This document shows positions 39,341-54,640 of a DNA stretch of 64,000 nucleotides, in pieces (positions within the stretch are counted from its first letter, which is position 1; each line of letters starts with the position of its first letter). The notes under the pieces were generated by a model. The model saw nothing but the letters and a program-made list of their open reading frames with translations. It searched no databases and was not told the DNA's origin. The stretch lies in the NCBI RefSeq assembly GCF_009914755.1, contig NC_060947.1, one strand, 5' to 3'. The position numbers and the translations under genes are program-made. The stretch is from the human T2T-CHM13v2.0 reference genome, Homo sapiens.

Positions 39341-41149
39341 GTTATTTCTAATTACCAAGATCTTGTTTGCTGATAGAATTTTTTATTTAAGCTGTATGTT
39401 CTGCTTATGACTGCAATATTTGTTTTAACTTCCTGAGATTATTAATCAGACTTTCAGTTCCTCTTCATTTCATATATACATACATTCATACTTAATCCTG
39501 TAGGTTCATTGCTGTGCTGATTTGCTTTGGAGCCCATCTTTCATGCTGTTGGTGATTCTTGGCTGCCCATTCCTGCCTAGAAACAACAATATAAATTGAT
39601 GAATATTGATACCTAGTGACAGTTTCTTCAGCAACAGAGGATCACTGCTCCCCTGGCATTCCCCGCCCCCACCCCACACTCCCTCCCACATTTCACCTAT
39701 GAGTAAGAAGTCAGGCTTCCTGTTGTGTCTTGATTTCACCCTTTGTGTGGTGTGTGAGTGGGAAATGGAAAGTGACTTCTCATGAAAGATATATAGCTGG
39801 AGGACAGGAGTCTGAAGATGTCTCTCCACCGAGGAAATAGCAAGTTTCTCTGGAGTTGAGTTCTTGAAGGATTTTCACCTCCACCAGAGACAACTTCTCT
39901 TTTCTTTACCATGTTAATTGTGGCCACAAGTTCCCTGGACTCTTTTTTCCCCTCTGGCCCTATTGACCATACTAGGAACTCCCAGCAGACACCCACAGTG
40001 GTAGTCCCTCTGTAGTCACCCAGCCGCTCCATCAGACACCAAGTAATCTTGTCTGTCCCTCTGCAGCCTTAATCTTTCCTGTGAAATCCTTTCTACTCAC
40101 TTCTCTGCAGTCTCCTCACCGGCTTGAGTGGGTTTGAGGATTTTCCCCTCTGCTTTTTCCATTAGTACAACTCAATTTTTTAAACTCCCAGATATGCCTC
40201 AAAATGTATGATCTGATGGTGACACCAAAGCCTTTTTCCAGAGCTTCCATGAATTTACTATAATTCTTACAATTCTCCAACACATCAATAGAGTTTTCAA
40301 GTACAGAAAAGGATGAAGTTTGTCCTCTTGACACAGAAGTAACAAATTAGTATTTTGCAGAGTGTTCTCTTTCATAGGATAGATAAAGTAAATTATTATT
40401 TCTTACACCTATAGAATCATGGTAAGGATGTCCCCAAAAACATTTATTTAGTATATTCTCCTTGTTCATTTATTTCTTCATCATTTTTCCCTCTATATGA
40501 AAGGTTCAAGATCTTCTATAACAATTTAATTCTAAAGTTCTTTTTGCTACAAAGAGACAATCATCTCATTAGATTAATAAATAATGTGTACAACTCTAAT
40601 AATATTTTTCTATTAATCTTTAGCAAGGCATGAAATTTAATCTCTTCGGTATAATAAACTTCTGGAATTGATTAGTTCTGACCATGGGACTACATAACAA
40701 GGCCTATACTTCTATAAGACATTCTGTGTGGAGAGTTTCATATTAATTTCTGAAGTATTTGGGTTAATGGTATTTCATTAAGGAACCCTTAACAAATGCA
40801 TAGTGTTCACTTTTACAGAGGGACTTAATGGAAACTTAATGGATTTATTCTATTACTTTGCTCATTTAAAAATGTTCTTTAGTTGGATATTACTATTAAT
40901 GGACTTATTACACACATACATACATTTCAAGGAGTCCCTCCAATTATTCAGAATTTAAGCATTAAAATTTATCAAATCCAATGGGAAAAGCAAAGATGGA
41001 AACAATTACATATTTATATAAGCAACTTTGAGTTTAAGATTGATATTACAAATAAGTAGCTGAGCTCTAATAAGGAAGTTCCTCATATATATTTGTAAGT
41101 GAAAAACTGATCACTCATTCTAATTTTTCTTCTTTATACACAAAATTAA

Positions 41150-41850
41150 TTATTCATTCATTTATTAAACAAACATTTGTTTGGTCCTAATAATGTGTGA
41201 GCTACTGTGATAAAAAATGAAGGAAGATTTTCAGATCAAATGAAAGAAGAAATAAACAGTTAAATCAATAGCTACACTAGAATGTTTTATGTGCTAAAAT
41301 AAAACTAAGAACAGGATGCCAAGGAGCAAAGAAGGGAAACTCATCCAACTTGAATGAGAAGGAAGGCAAAGGAATTCCAGAGAAGGTGACATTTGAGTTG
41401 ATTCTTAAAATTCGGCTTGATGTTAACCAGGCACACAAGAGCAGGAAGGATGCCATAGGCAAAGGAATACTGAAACATGCAACAATGTGTGTTTCAAGAG
41501 GTCATAGTGCACAGTGGCATATTGTCATAACTTGAATTAACATAATGGCAATGAGAATGAAGAGAAGAGGATGAATTAAAGAGCTATTTCAGATAGCTTG
41601 ATGTGCCTTGGATGATTGATCATACGCAGAATGGATTGTTGGAAAAGTCTAGGGCATTTACCAGATTTGTGACTTGAGCAACAACAGCCTGTATGCTGGT
41701 GCCATCTGCCATTGTAGGGAATACAGGAGTAAAAGTGGGCTTGTCGAGGGGTGGGAAAAGTACCATCTTGGACATACTTTTAGGAGATTAAAAAATCCAG
41801 ATGTTCCAGACAGCTGGATATTTGACACAGAAAGAGATTTGAACTGACTA
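41150..41850 (-). mobile_element. LINE-2 3' region
   Basis: TTCATTCATTTATTAAACAAACATTT tail; CAGAGAAGGTGACATTTGAGTTG. Confidence 0.7.
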
Positions 41851-42204
41851 TAGAGTAGTGATTATTCATGTTTTCCTTCAGGATATCTCCTTATTACATC
41901 TATGAAACCAAATTGTCAGATAGGTAAAAATTTATTTTTGCCATTGGGGAAAAAAACTATTTTCAAAATTAGTGTCTGGTATCCTCATCTGCCATAAAAC
42001 ATGCAGAGCTAGTGTTTAATTAAAGCTTGATCACCAGGGAACATCCCTAAATTAAGATCTACATGGTTCTGTTGAGGAGTAGACATTCCTGAAACATTGA
42101 GGGTATGGAAGAGGATTTACTTGGCATTGGTATGACTGGAGAATTAGTTCTGGCAAAGAGGTCGACAGATGACCAGAAAATTGAGGGTTCTAAAGCAAGT
42201 GATA

Positions 42205-42710
42205 TGTATGAATGTTCATAGCAGCATTATTTATAATAGCCAAAAACTGGAAACAACACAAATGTCTATCAACTGATGAATACATAAATAGAATGAGGTA
42301 TATCCACACAATGGAATGTAATTCAGCAGTAAAAATGAATAAAGTAGTGATACATGCTACAACATGGATGAAACGAAAACATTATGCTAAGAGAAGGAAG
42401 CCAGTATGGTATGATTCAATTTATACGAAATGTCCAGAACAGGCAAATCTATAGAGACAGAAGATAGATTATGAAAAGTAGATTAGTGGTTGCCTAGGGC
42501 TGGTGGGGAATGGAGGAGTTTGGAGGGAAATGGAGGACAGTTGCTAAAGGGTGTTGGGTTTCTTTGGGGAGTAATGGAATGTTCTAAAATTGATTGTGGT
42601 ATTGATTATACAACTCTGTGAATGTACTAAAAAAGTACTGGATTCTATGCTTTAAATGGGTGAGTTGTATGGTGTGTGAATAATATTTCAATAAAGTTGT
42701 TACAACAAAA
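42205..42710 (+). mobile_element. LINE-1 3' end (L1MB-like)
   Basis: Translation MFIAALFIIAKNWKQHKC is the ORF2p C-terminus; CAGGCAAATCTATAGAGACAG; ends CAATAAAGTTGTT. Confidence 0.88.
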
Positions 42711-43364
42711 GAGTTTTATAGTCTTATTTCACAAATGAATATTTCAGTAACTATTTATTCAGTGCCTACCAAAAAAAGCAAATACTATTCATATGATGGA
42801 TTATTAAGGGGAAAAAACAAGTTGCAGAGTAATGAGTATCTTAGAAACCTATTTTATAAAAATAAACGTCAAGGAAAGCCTTATATGTGTGTATTTACAT
42901 TTGTGTAAGCATGTGAGATTTATGGAAGAATAAATACATTGCTTTCAAAAACAGAAATAGGGGAAAAAAGTGGACTATTAGCTTTTTAAAACATATGTCT
43001 GCATATTTTTCTGTTCTTAAGATGAGCAGGTTATATTTTTATATTTTAAAAAGTGCAAAAATGTGTTAAAAAACAAAACCAAATGTGACTCCAGGTTTTG
43101 AGCCTCCATATAGGGGCAACATTCCTCTCTTGCAGGTGTCCTTCATTAAGTGCCCACTCCGGCCCTCGGCCCAAGCTAGAGCAACTAATTCCAGTCCAAC
43201 CCAACCCTGAATCCATGGATAGAAGACTCATCCATGCTTAGAAATGGATAGAGAGAGAGAAAGGAAATAATAGTAATAATAATAAAAGCAATGATAGGGT
43301 ATTTGGAGATATTTTTAATGCTTTTTAAATTTTTATTTTTAATTGGCAAATAATACTTTTTGAC

Positions 43365-43550
43365 GAGCACCTACTCTATGCCTGAAACTTTATATCCATC
43401 ATCTAATTTATATCCTCGTAACAAACTGAGGAGATAGGTAATCTTATCTCCACTAAACATACAGAGATTGTCAGACTTGGGGAAGTTAGGTAATTCACCC
43501 AAGGTCACAGAGCTGTGAAATTAGAAAGAAATATGTGGCTGCCTGGCTCT
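43365..43550 (-). mobile_element. MIR SINE
   Basis: GAGCACCTACTCTATGCC; GAAGTTAGGTAATTCACCCAAGGTCACAGAGCT. Confidence 0.8.
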
Positions 43551-43857
43551 TCTCCAAATCTCAATAAGCTTTGTGTGTTAAAGGGCATTGAATCCACGAT
43601 CATATTTAGAGTAGAGGGGCAAGCCGCCCCTCAAAAAAAGATACTGGATCGACTTACATGGGGTAGTAATGTCCCTTATCAATAAGATAAAGTCCTAGTC
43701 AAAACCAAGAAGGAAGAAACTTGGTAGAAACTCAGTGTTTCAGTCTCAGCCAACATGGAAGAATATAGAGTAGAAATATAAAAAACCAAGAGGAACAATG
43801 AAGTCTGGGAAGTAGCCTTGAGTTCATGAGTATTTGGGGAAACAGGAAGTTAATCTT

Positions 43858-43888
43858 TTTTTTATTATACTTTAAGTTTTAGGGTACA
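43858..43888 (-). mobile_element. Ultra-truncated young LINE-1 (L1PA2-4-type 3' terminus)
   Basis: Minus strand TGTACCCTAAAACTTAAAGTATAAT plus A6; TSD AATCTT at 43852-43857 and 43889-43894. Confidence 0.85.
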
Positions 43889-44149
43889 AATCTTAAAGGG
43901 ACTGTAACTTTGGGAGCTTTCTGAACACCTCAGACTTTTCTCTGAGGATAATGAGATTCAGGCCATTTTGCAGTAAAAGCAATTTCCATGAAAGGAATGT
44001 ACAAAAGCCATAGTCACGACTGGAGTACCAGTAAAGTGATTTAATTCTACGCCCTACCACATAGGAGCAAAATTCCAATACAGAGCATGTAGTGAAGTTC
44101 CAGCTAGTCCAGGATGTGGCTGTGTCTCCTGGGCCACTGGCCCTTCGGA

Positions 44150-44335
44150 GATAGGCTGGAACTAGCTTGTACCAATTTGCATAGAACTGATTGTGCACAT
44201 CTCCCAACCCCATGTTCAGTGATATCACATTTGTAGTTTGTAATCATGCATGCTGGAAACATTGATACCTTGAAAACTGGCAAGTGATCCAAATCAGGGC
44301 TTTTTCCTAAAGACTGACTCTAGTTATTAACATGG
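44150..44335 (+). mobile_element. MER63A-like hAT-Blackjack element
   Basis: GATTGTGCACATCTCCCAACCCCATGTTCAGTGATATCAC; CAAATCAGGGCTTTTT. Confidence 0.7.
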
Positions 44336-44994
44336 ATGGAAAGTGGTGAGGGAGTTTTGAGCACCTGGGAGTGGAGACGGGAGGGATGAAAAGGTAAAGA
44401 AGATGATATGATATCCATTCCTCAACCTGATTTGAGCAAGGGGATCTGAATCAAATAGAGGGGGCTTTACACAGCAGGAACATTGGGACATAAGCAGTAC
44501 TATCTGGGTATCCAAGTTGTGACTTAGAGCAGGGCGGGAGCATTCTGTCACGTGTTTGTTCATTTTGTAGAAGATGGCTTCAGAAGTGCAATGATGTCTG
44601 AAGGAAACAAGTCCTATATAGCATCTTGAGGGTTTCCTTTCCCATCTTTGGGAATACTTCTGACAGCACCAGTGATAATGTCAGTGCCTGGTTGCATTTC
44701 TTCAAAGTTGCAACCAAAGACTGAGGAGGGCTCATTCATGAGACGGTGTGAGATACTCCTTGTGGACTCTCAGAAATAACCAAAGTTGACTTTGAGGGAA
44801 AGGCTGGAGGTCTGGTGTCAGCAGATAGGGACTATGATCCAGCTATATTTGGGCATTAATAATAATGTTACCTCATTTCTACCCCTGCTTGTAAGACCTG
44901 GGGAATTTTGGGTTATGGTTCTATTGTATGCCCCTTGAGATTTGGTTCAGATTGTGCCTCGCTGGAGCCCACAGATTTGGTTCACAGTTGGTTG

Positions 44995-45872
<878 letters not shown>

Positions 45873-46399
45873 GGCTGGGATGGAGGCCACAGATGTTTGT
45901 GCATTCTGTTTCAGATGGACACTAACACTCAATCATAAATCTTACTGCAAAAAAAGGATAGTTAAAAGATGGCAGGCTATTAAGAAAAAAATACCCAGGA
46001 GTGTAAAGAGATACAGTGACAAACAGATAGACTTTGGAAAGTCAGGGAAACCTAATTTCAAATTCTGGTTGTCAAGCACAAGGTAAGGCCAAGGCCTGGC
46101 ATATTTGACCAGTAAAGAAACATGAATCCTTTTTAGATTCAGGCAATTTATTACATAGACACTGAAAGGAACAATAGCCAAAGATGTCAGCTCCCCATGG
46201 CCTCTACTGAGAGAAACAGTGAAATAAAAGGGATTCAATGACTGCAACACGAATGATTGGACATTTTCATGTCTATAGACAAGAATCCTTTTGCATTGCT
46301 GTCAGTTATCTACAACTGAGAGTCGTAACTGAACTCCCACAGAATCAAAATTGATAAAGGCATGTGGGTTACCACTGAAGTACAAATTTTTCCTTGCAT

Positions 46400-46600
46400 C
46401 ACTATGCCAAGTGCTATGAGGATATTAACTCATTCAAAATTCTCAACAATCATGTAAGAATGGTAATATTATTATCAGCATTTTTAAAAGAAGAAACCTA
46501 AGCCACCCAGAAATTAAACAGCCAATCAAAGTCACACAAAGTGAGTGGCAGAGCCAGGCTTTAAACTGGGTCTATTATCTTAGTCACCATGCTCTTCTGC
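46400..46600 (-). mobile_element. MIR SINE
   Basis: ACTATGCCAAGTGCT; AAAGTCACACA..GTGGCAGAGCCAGG. Confidence 0.75.
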
Positions 46601-47101
46601 CTTTCCGTGGTAAGCCAATTAACTTGATTGGACAAAGGTCCTAAGAAAGGAACTATTGAAAAAGGGAAGCTCCCAACTATTAAGGTTAAGAGCTCTAGAG
46701 AACTGAGAAGGGATGAAATTCAGATGCTTACATTGTTCTTCATCTTCCAGAAGCTGCTAGGCTTGTTGTCCTCTATGAGGCAGAAAAGAAACTAAAAGCA
46801 AAACAAAATAAAACTTGTTTAAGGGGCAGCGTTTTATTCCCTGTGTAGACAAGAAAACCGAGATACACAACAGGTGCTGTTCCCTACATGCCGGCAAGTT
46901 GTGAACAGCCCAACAAACTTCTAAGAAGAACCTTTGTCATGTGGTAGTCACATTTCCTCTTAGGACAACCAAGGGGGCTTCCTCAGTGGCAGGTACTTAT
47001 GAGCTTCTGTTGCTGCCCTTAAGGCTCATTTACTTTCAATCTTAGAGACAGGAAACACTGGAAACCTCAACTTAGCACAGATACACCTTCTCTCCCTAAA
47101 G

Positions 47102-47276
47102 AGTGCTTCTCAGTAGGGACCAGGGGACATTTGGCAATGTCTGGGGATTTTCGGTTGTCACAACTGGAAGGGGGCATGCTACGGGCATTTAACGGGTTGA
47201 AGCCAGGGATGTTGCTAAACATCCTACAGTGCACAGGACAGCTCCCATCACAACAAAGGATGGTTAGGAAACCCTG
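47102..47276 (+). mobile_element. MER20 hAT-Charlie element
   Basis: CCAGGGGACATTTGGCAATGTCTGG; GGTTGTCACAACTGG; GCTAAACATCCTACAGTGCACAGGACAGC. Confidence 0.9.
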
Positions 47277-47899
47277 CCCTGTAGGCAGCAGTGTCCTGAA
47301 TCACTGACTCAGACACCACTCAGAACGTCTCCAGGGAAAGAAGTACATAGGGGAGGAGGGGACAGGTTGATGAGTAAAAGCAAGCATCACCGGCATCATC
47401 CTTTAGTGAAATGAGTTCTTCAAAACAGTCAAGATGAATCAATGGAGTCCTGAATTAGTTTCTATCTTAAATTATTGAATTTACATATCTCCTAGAAAAA
47501 TCAGACATCTGGCTCATGGCTGGAGCCAGTAACTGAGAATCATGCCATACAATTTAGAGTCTAAGCAACCTTTCTTCCCATGCCTGCAACATTCTCAATC
47601 AACAAATAGGATCATCAGACACTTTGCAAAATATCCAGACATCCATTTTTCTGGTTTCCAAATAGACACAGAAATATGGAAACCCTGAACTGCTTCACTA
47701 TTCAGCAGCAAAATTGATTTACTGAGAGCCCACAAGCATAACCACTTTAACTTAACAGGTGCATTAGTATAATTTGAACGGCATAATAGCAAAGCCAAAA
47801 AAGCCATTCAGTCATTGACAGATACAAACAATCCCAAGAAATTAAGGAATAACAGCCTCCCCAGAATAAAACTCAAACATACATTTAAGAAATAAAATA

Positions 47900-48247
<348 letters not shown>

Positions 48248-48738
48248 CTACCAACAAAAGACCCTTCTGTACCAATATAGAAGAGACAGGGAACACAATT
48301 TTTTAGAGTAAGCCCTACCAGATTTACTTGCATGTAAGGTAGCTCAAAAGTACCTACAGCATCTTGACAGAATTTGATCCAAGTTTCTACAGTGAGGCAG
48401 AAGAAAGAATAATTCAATCTTGTCTTATCTCCTTGAGAGATAAATTGATTTACCTTGCAATAGTTTCCTGTACACTTCATGAGACAGTTAATTTTGGAGG
48501 CATATGTTTATGTTACCAAGGAACAGAAGGCCTCAAACCTTTCATTGTAAAGTAAAAAGGTTGGCCCACTCATTGGCCCTATTATGTTTACAAGGAAACA
48601 CTCTAAGAGGAGGGTGGGGAAGCAGCCGTCCCTTCATCCCTCAAAGAAAATTTTATCATTTTATCCTTATGTGTACAGAAAAATGACAAATGAATAAGTA
48701 TATGTTTAGCCCCAACTAAGTACTAGGCATTTAGAGTA

Positions 48739-49135
48739 CAGTCAATTCTCACTACTTACAGTAGTTAATGTTCTATAAAGTCACCATGAACACTGAATGA
48801 GCAAATACAGAACCATTGCTCCTAAGGGAAATACCGGATTGGGTTTCTGTAGCATCTGGTTACATTTTCATCAACTGATTAATATATTACCTTGTTTCGT
48901 GAATTTCTGTTTAAAGACACTTTGTTTAATACATATTGTTGATTAACTACCTTGACTCATGGCCAGAAGCACTATCACTCGTGCCTGAATGAATCTTATC
49001 TAACACACCTATTCTCTCCATAAAACGTATTACAGCATTTTTGCACTCAGGAACAGTAGACAGCACTTCAGCACTATACTTGGGAGCCATTTCAAACAGC
49101 AAAATCACCAAAAAATACGGCATTGAATAGACTAA
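48739..49135 (+). mobile_element. MER82-like TcMar-Tigger element (partial)
   Basis: TA|CAGTCAATTCTC...GTTCTATAAAGTCACCATGAACACTGAAT...GAACCATTGCTCCTAAGGGAAATAC. Confidence 0.8.
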
Positions 49136-50754
49136 AAAAAAGACATGGGAGATATTAACCTGGCCTTAGTTTAGGAGAATGGAAAATATTTAGTATTAGT
49201 GAATATCTGATGCCTATATTTTGAATGAATCTTCTTATAAAAGCATTGGTAGTTGAAAGTAAACTGGGGCTAAAGAAGATGACACATGAAAGGAAATAAA
49301 TTCAAAATAATTTTTAATGTTCTTCAGATATTCTTGTCTGACACTTGGTTGAGGATCAGTTACAGTTTTTTAATGTAAACTCCATAACTTAAAGAGTAAG
49401 AGGTTTCCATAAATACCTAATCCAGACCTTTAAGAATGTTTCGAAGCAACTTCAGTGAAAAATATAATCAATACTTTCAGAAGGAACTGAATAAACTTAT
49501 TTTTTCAAATGTTGCTGTTTCCAACTAGATCACTATCTAGAAATTCCAATTTTAAAAAGCAAAGATATAAGAAAAGTGGTCTTATTCCTGAATTCTTAAT
49601 GAAATCTACTTTTTTCAGGAGTGGGAATATTAGTGAGATATTATTAAAGTTTTTAGGGTTAAGTATCACATAAGGGTTTTACCATAATATGTAGTGGCTT
49701 TTCTTAGGTACTATCCTTTGAGGAAGTGCTATAATTGAGGTCACAATAAAACAAAGGGCTTTTGGATTTTTTTTTTTTAGAATAAAGCAACTAAGCCAGC
49801 TTCAATGAGTCCCAAGGAGCTATCATGTTTTTGTTTAAATACCTGCCTGTGAGCTACTTAAGCACATTTTTAAAAGTTGTAATCAATAGACAGAGAATGT
49901 TTCCTTTTGTCAAAGCCAGCTTGTAAAACTGCAAGTAACATAGACTGGTTGGTCAGAAGACAAATTGCATGAAGCTCTAACTCTGGTTTATTAGGGCTAA
50001 ATCTTACTTGTGAATCAGCCATGGTGGTAGAGCAACATTTTGTTCCTAATTGGTGTCTGATAACTATTGCAAAATGAATTAATGAATGGATGAGTGCATC
50101 GACAATGCCGGGGGAATGGGGAGGCAACAAATAACAATCTCAACAGTCTCACCAATTTCAACCAATAGGAATGTGTCACTAGAGTCACTGCTTCCTTTTA
50201 TGAGTTTGTCCTTTTCAAAAAAATTCAACAATTTTACCTCTTCATTTTTCTTGTATTGTAGTTGTATTGTATCCTTTCTTAAGTAGATATACCAATAAGC
50301 TAGATTCATTTTTATCTGGGTGAAGGATAACTATAAGGGGGGTGTTAAGAATGGGGCCAGGAAATGTTAAACTTCCTTCCTGCAGTTGAAGTGAAAATCT
50401 GTGTTGCCAAGTTATCTCAACAAAGTTCATCATGCGTTTAGTAACTATGATATGTCATTAAATGCTAGGATATTCTCCCATTGTACCAATGTTTACTATA
50501 CCTGCGTAGAATGACACCATTGCCTTATTTCTACAGGGATACAGGCACTCAGGAGAAGAGCTTAAGACAACTCCTTTTTATGAGCCTTTAATCTGCCATA
50601 AATCTAATTATAAGACTTAAACCTCATCTTAAAATTTTTCCTATTTCTAAAAAGCTTTTTAGCCATGGTGGATAAAGTACCTTGTGCTTTTCCAATTTGA
50701 TGGTTAACAATTGAATGGAACTATGAAAGCCAGGAGAATATTATCACTGCTACC

Positions 50755-51050
50755 ACCCATTGATTCAGCAAACATTTGCTAGGCTCCTTGCATGTGATGG
50801 GCTGTGAGCTGGTTGCTGGGGATACAGAAGAATAAGCTATGAGCCCTACTCATAAGCACTTTTGGTCTAGTAATCATAAACATCTGTGTAAACAAATAGC
50901 TCTATGAAAAAAACATAAACTGTAATAAATACACTTACAATGTATGTACAGTGGGACCCAAAAAAGGCCATCATCAATTCTGCCTAGAAGGTTGAGGAAA
51001 GGCTTCAGAGAAGAGATGCAGTTGAACCAAGCCTTGAGTAATGAGTTGTA
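50755..51050 (-). mobile_element. LINE-2 3' end
   Basis: CATTGATTCAGCAAACATTTGCT; GGAAAGGCTTCAGAGAAGAGATG. Confidence 0.7.
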
Positions 51051-51999
51051 CCAAAGTAGTTAGACCCCTTACAGTGAAGTAGTATTCTTCAAACTTGAGT
51101 GATGTAATGATAGAAAAAAAAATGGTTTGGCCTCTCAGAGTCGACACACAGCATTTTTTATTCTAACGATATTTTGAAATGTACATACATTAAACTGAAT
51201 ATACAATCCTTATGCTTTTATTCTATTATAAAATCAAAACAAATTTACGAGTTAAATATGATCAAAGTTACAATGCCAATGGAATCCAAATTAGCTACAT
51301 TTTATTTAATGCAATGGATGATGTTGTTTTCCTGAAACTAAATTGCTGATGTTGCATCTTCTCTTTCTCTGGCTTATCAAACTAATATGTGCAAAGTAAT
51401 ATCCTCAAAAATAAAATAACATGAAAGAAGTTGTTTTATTCCATGAGGAAAAACTGTAGTTGTTTTCCCTGGAAGAAATCGCTATTTCTAATTTTGTTTC
51501 TCTGATAGGTACTTCTATATTTCTCAATAAATTGCTCATACTGATATTTTAATTTATTTATCAACCTTAAGCAATTTTTATTGATTTCTTGATTTTTAGA
51601 TGTAGACTTAACCGACTTAACTACTACTCACTTCCCCTCAATATTTCACCAAAGATAGTGACAAGAGTGGTCACCTTTGTAACTTAAACAGCATTTTAAA
51701 CCTCTATGCCTGGGACTATCAAATATAGACTCTTTCTCTTTTCTCCCCATTTTGTTAGACAAGGATACTATTGTCCCATCCTTCCCTCCATGTCTCCTCC
51801 TTCCCTTTCATCTTCCAACATCCTGGAAATAGTCAAATATGTCTTTCTTTTGCATAACATTTATATCCTGACTTGTAAGGACCCTTAAGTTGCTTGTGAT
51901 TTATTTATATATTAATTCTAAAAGTTAAAAACATATAAGATTTGTTAACATTCATTTAACCAAATATTGTTTATTCTAGAACCAAATGATATTCTCTGA

Positions 52000-52230
52000 G
52001 AGCAGACAGCTAGAGGCTGACTATCGAAATCCTAGCTCTGCCTGTATTATCTGTGTAACCCTGGATGAGCAACCTCATTCTGCCTCTGTTACTTCATCTG
52101 AAAAATAGGGGAAAATAATTTTAGCTACCTGATAGGGTTCCTATGAATATTTAAGTGATTAGTATATGTAAAATATATAATGCCTACACATAGTAACTTC
52201 TCAATAAATATTAGGTTTTATTATAATACA
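52000..52230 (+). mobile_element. MIR SINE nested in an old antisense L1
   Basis: AATCCTAGCTCTGCC..CTGTGTAACCCTGG; CTTCATCTGAAAAATAGGG; CTCAATAAATATTAG. Confidence 0.8.
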
Positions 52231-52764
52231 TTTGCTTCCTATGGCTTTCAGAGGAGAATGTTTCTAGGGTTAGGTTTGAATAGACTGTCTTCTTTTATGT
52301 ACTATACTAATGGCCTTTTCTTTATATAATCACCAAACTGTTCCTGTTATCTTTTCTGCTGATTCCCCTCATATATGGACATTTGCTTCTTAGACCCTCC
52401 ATCTTCCGGTGTGTGTCCTCTCTCCTCCAACTGGGCTGAATGTTCACTAAGTCCACTCAGCTTTGTTATGCTCAGATTTATTTCTCTGTCCCATCACATT
52501 GGAGCTTCTTTTTACTTTTGTTTTCTCTTAGATACTCTATTTTCTCTATCTGTTGTCTAACTACTGGCTTATTTTATCCTTTTTAAAAAATAAATACATC
52601 TTCAAGTAACTTCCCCCCAGAATATGCATTGGTGTCAAACTTTCTTGCATATCTAAAGTCTTCATTCTGCCCTCATACTGGTTTGTTGTTTTCTCTATTT
52701 GTGAAATTTTAGATTAAAGACATTTTCTATCAGAATTTTGAAATTCCTATTTTTAACAGCTTTT

Positions 52765-52882
52765 AGTGAAGTGACCATGCATCCCAGTTTACCTGTGGTA
52801 GTTCCAGTTTACACCTGTTATCCCAAGACCGATCCAGATAAAATGTCCTGGTTTGGGCAATAAATTAATTACATGATCCCTG
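52765..52882 (-). mobile_element. MER94-like hAT-Blackjack MITE
   Basis: GTGACCATGCATCCCAGTTTACC...CCAGTTTACACCTGTTATCCC...TGTCCTGGTTTGGGCAATAAATTA. Confidence 0.7.
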
Positions 52883-53999
52883 TAGTGTATAGCATTTGGT
52901 GTTACTGATGTAAAGAAGGATGGTGGTTTAATTCTTGTTCTATTCCAAGCAACTTGTATTTGCCTTTGAGAGTGTTTAGACTTTTCTATTTATTCTTGGT
53001 GTTCTGGAAAATATCATAAAATATGTAGGGTTTTTTTTATTATGTTGGCTGCTTGGTTTTCTCTTTCACTCTGAAGGCATTTTCTTGTTCAATCTACAGA
53101 AAATTGTCTTCCCTAACTCTTTTGAACACCTTCTTCTCGGAATTTTTCTTTATTTTCACTTTCTTTAATTCCTAAGTTTCAACTTAGGTGCTACTTACCA
53201 AAACAGGAAATACAAAAAGAGGAATAGATGTATTGAGAGAATCAACTTTAGACAAATGATTTGCCTATGGGACATGTAAGGAGAGACCAAAATGAAATGT
53301 TCTCTACTTAGAAAAGATGTCCTCTCCCTTTATCTACAATTCTTTAAGAAATGAGAGTATGTCTTACTCATAGTTTTGTTGATAAAAAAAAAATTCACTT
53401 TGGAAATTATTTGGGAAAGGTTTATTAATCAAAAATCCTTGAGTTAAAATATGATTTCTTTATTATGCCAAAGGTTTCAGTGCAGGTTAACATGTTCCAA
53501 TCCCTATAATAATCTGATAACCTGATAGACAGGGAAGGATTAATGCTGATTCTAATGGCACAAAACTGGCAGTCTCATGAAAAGGACTAAATAAGATGTT
53601 TAAAAAGCACATTGCTTTTGTCCTTTTTCTTTCTTTCACTAGTTTTTTCCTTCTTAATCACATTACAAAAACATTTCAGCCCTCACATTTCAGAGTAAGT
53701 TGCAAGACTTGGAGTATGGTACAAAAACACTCCAACGACAGAAGATATTTCCAGTTGATTATGCTACTTGAAAAAGTGAAGAGGCTGAGAATATGAAATA
53801 TTAAACTGCCTCTCCTGAAACTCTTCTGGAATTCTGTGGCCACCACTGCACAAAATGTTCCCTTATGGTATAGCAAATTGGAGCCTTAGGGATGCCAGTT
53901 GTTGTTCCGTTCATTTAAGCATTTAGGCCACAGGCATTTTAAGAGGGCTCCTAAGGGATTTTCGTTAGTTCCTTCCCACCGTCATTTCTTTGGCATGGT

Positions 54000-54368
54000 T
54001 GATATGGTTTGCCTCTGTGTCTCCACCCAAATCTTATCTGAAATTGTAATCCCCACATGTCAAGGGAGGCACCTGGTGAGAGGTGATTGGATCATGGCTG
54101 TGGATTTCCCTCATGCTGCTCTGGTGATAGTGAGTTCTCATGACATCTGATGGTTTAAAAGTGTGTGGCTTTCTCTCTCTCTCTTTCTCTTTCTCTCTTG
54201 TTTTGCCATGGTAAGACATACTTGCTTCCCCTTCGCCTTCCACCATGATTGTAAGTTTCCTGAGGCTTCCCCAGCGATGCAGAACTGTGAGTCAATTAAA
54301 CCTCTTTTCTTTATAAATTACCGAGTCTTAGGTAGTTCTTTATAGCAGTGTGAAAATGAACTAATACA
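54000..54368 (+). mobile_element. THE1C/D-type MaLR solo LTR
   Basis: TG...CA termini (TGATATGGTTTG...AACTAATACA); GAACTGTGAGTCAATTAAACCTCTTT; perfect 5-bp TSD ATGGT at 53995-53999 and 54369-54373. Confidence 0.95.
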
Positions 54369-54640
54369 ATGGTGTTGGCAGATATACATGTTAAAGTATT
54401 TAAGCAGTCTCCAATCTGGCAAAGGAATCTATGGGCATTGGGAGGCCCTAAAGAATGAACCGATCCAAGAGATTGTTGAGACTTAGGAGTGGGATACTGA
54501 TAACAGAAAATCATTTATCTTGCATGAAACAGAACTGCTGAGACACAAAAGAGATTTAGAAATCAAAATGGTACCTGAAGAAATATGATTTCCTTTTTGT
54601 GATTGAAAGACATCTTATCATACACCCCAAATTATCAGGA

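Noticed and set aside
39340-40400. Possible degraded antisense L1 5'/ORF1 region
   Set aside because: It is too diverged to assign a family or boundaries by eye.
43100-43120. CArG-like or CTCF-like CCATATAGGGGCA
   Set aside because: It has a G within the W6 CArG core and the wrong spacing for CTCF.
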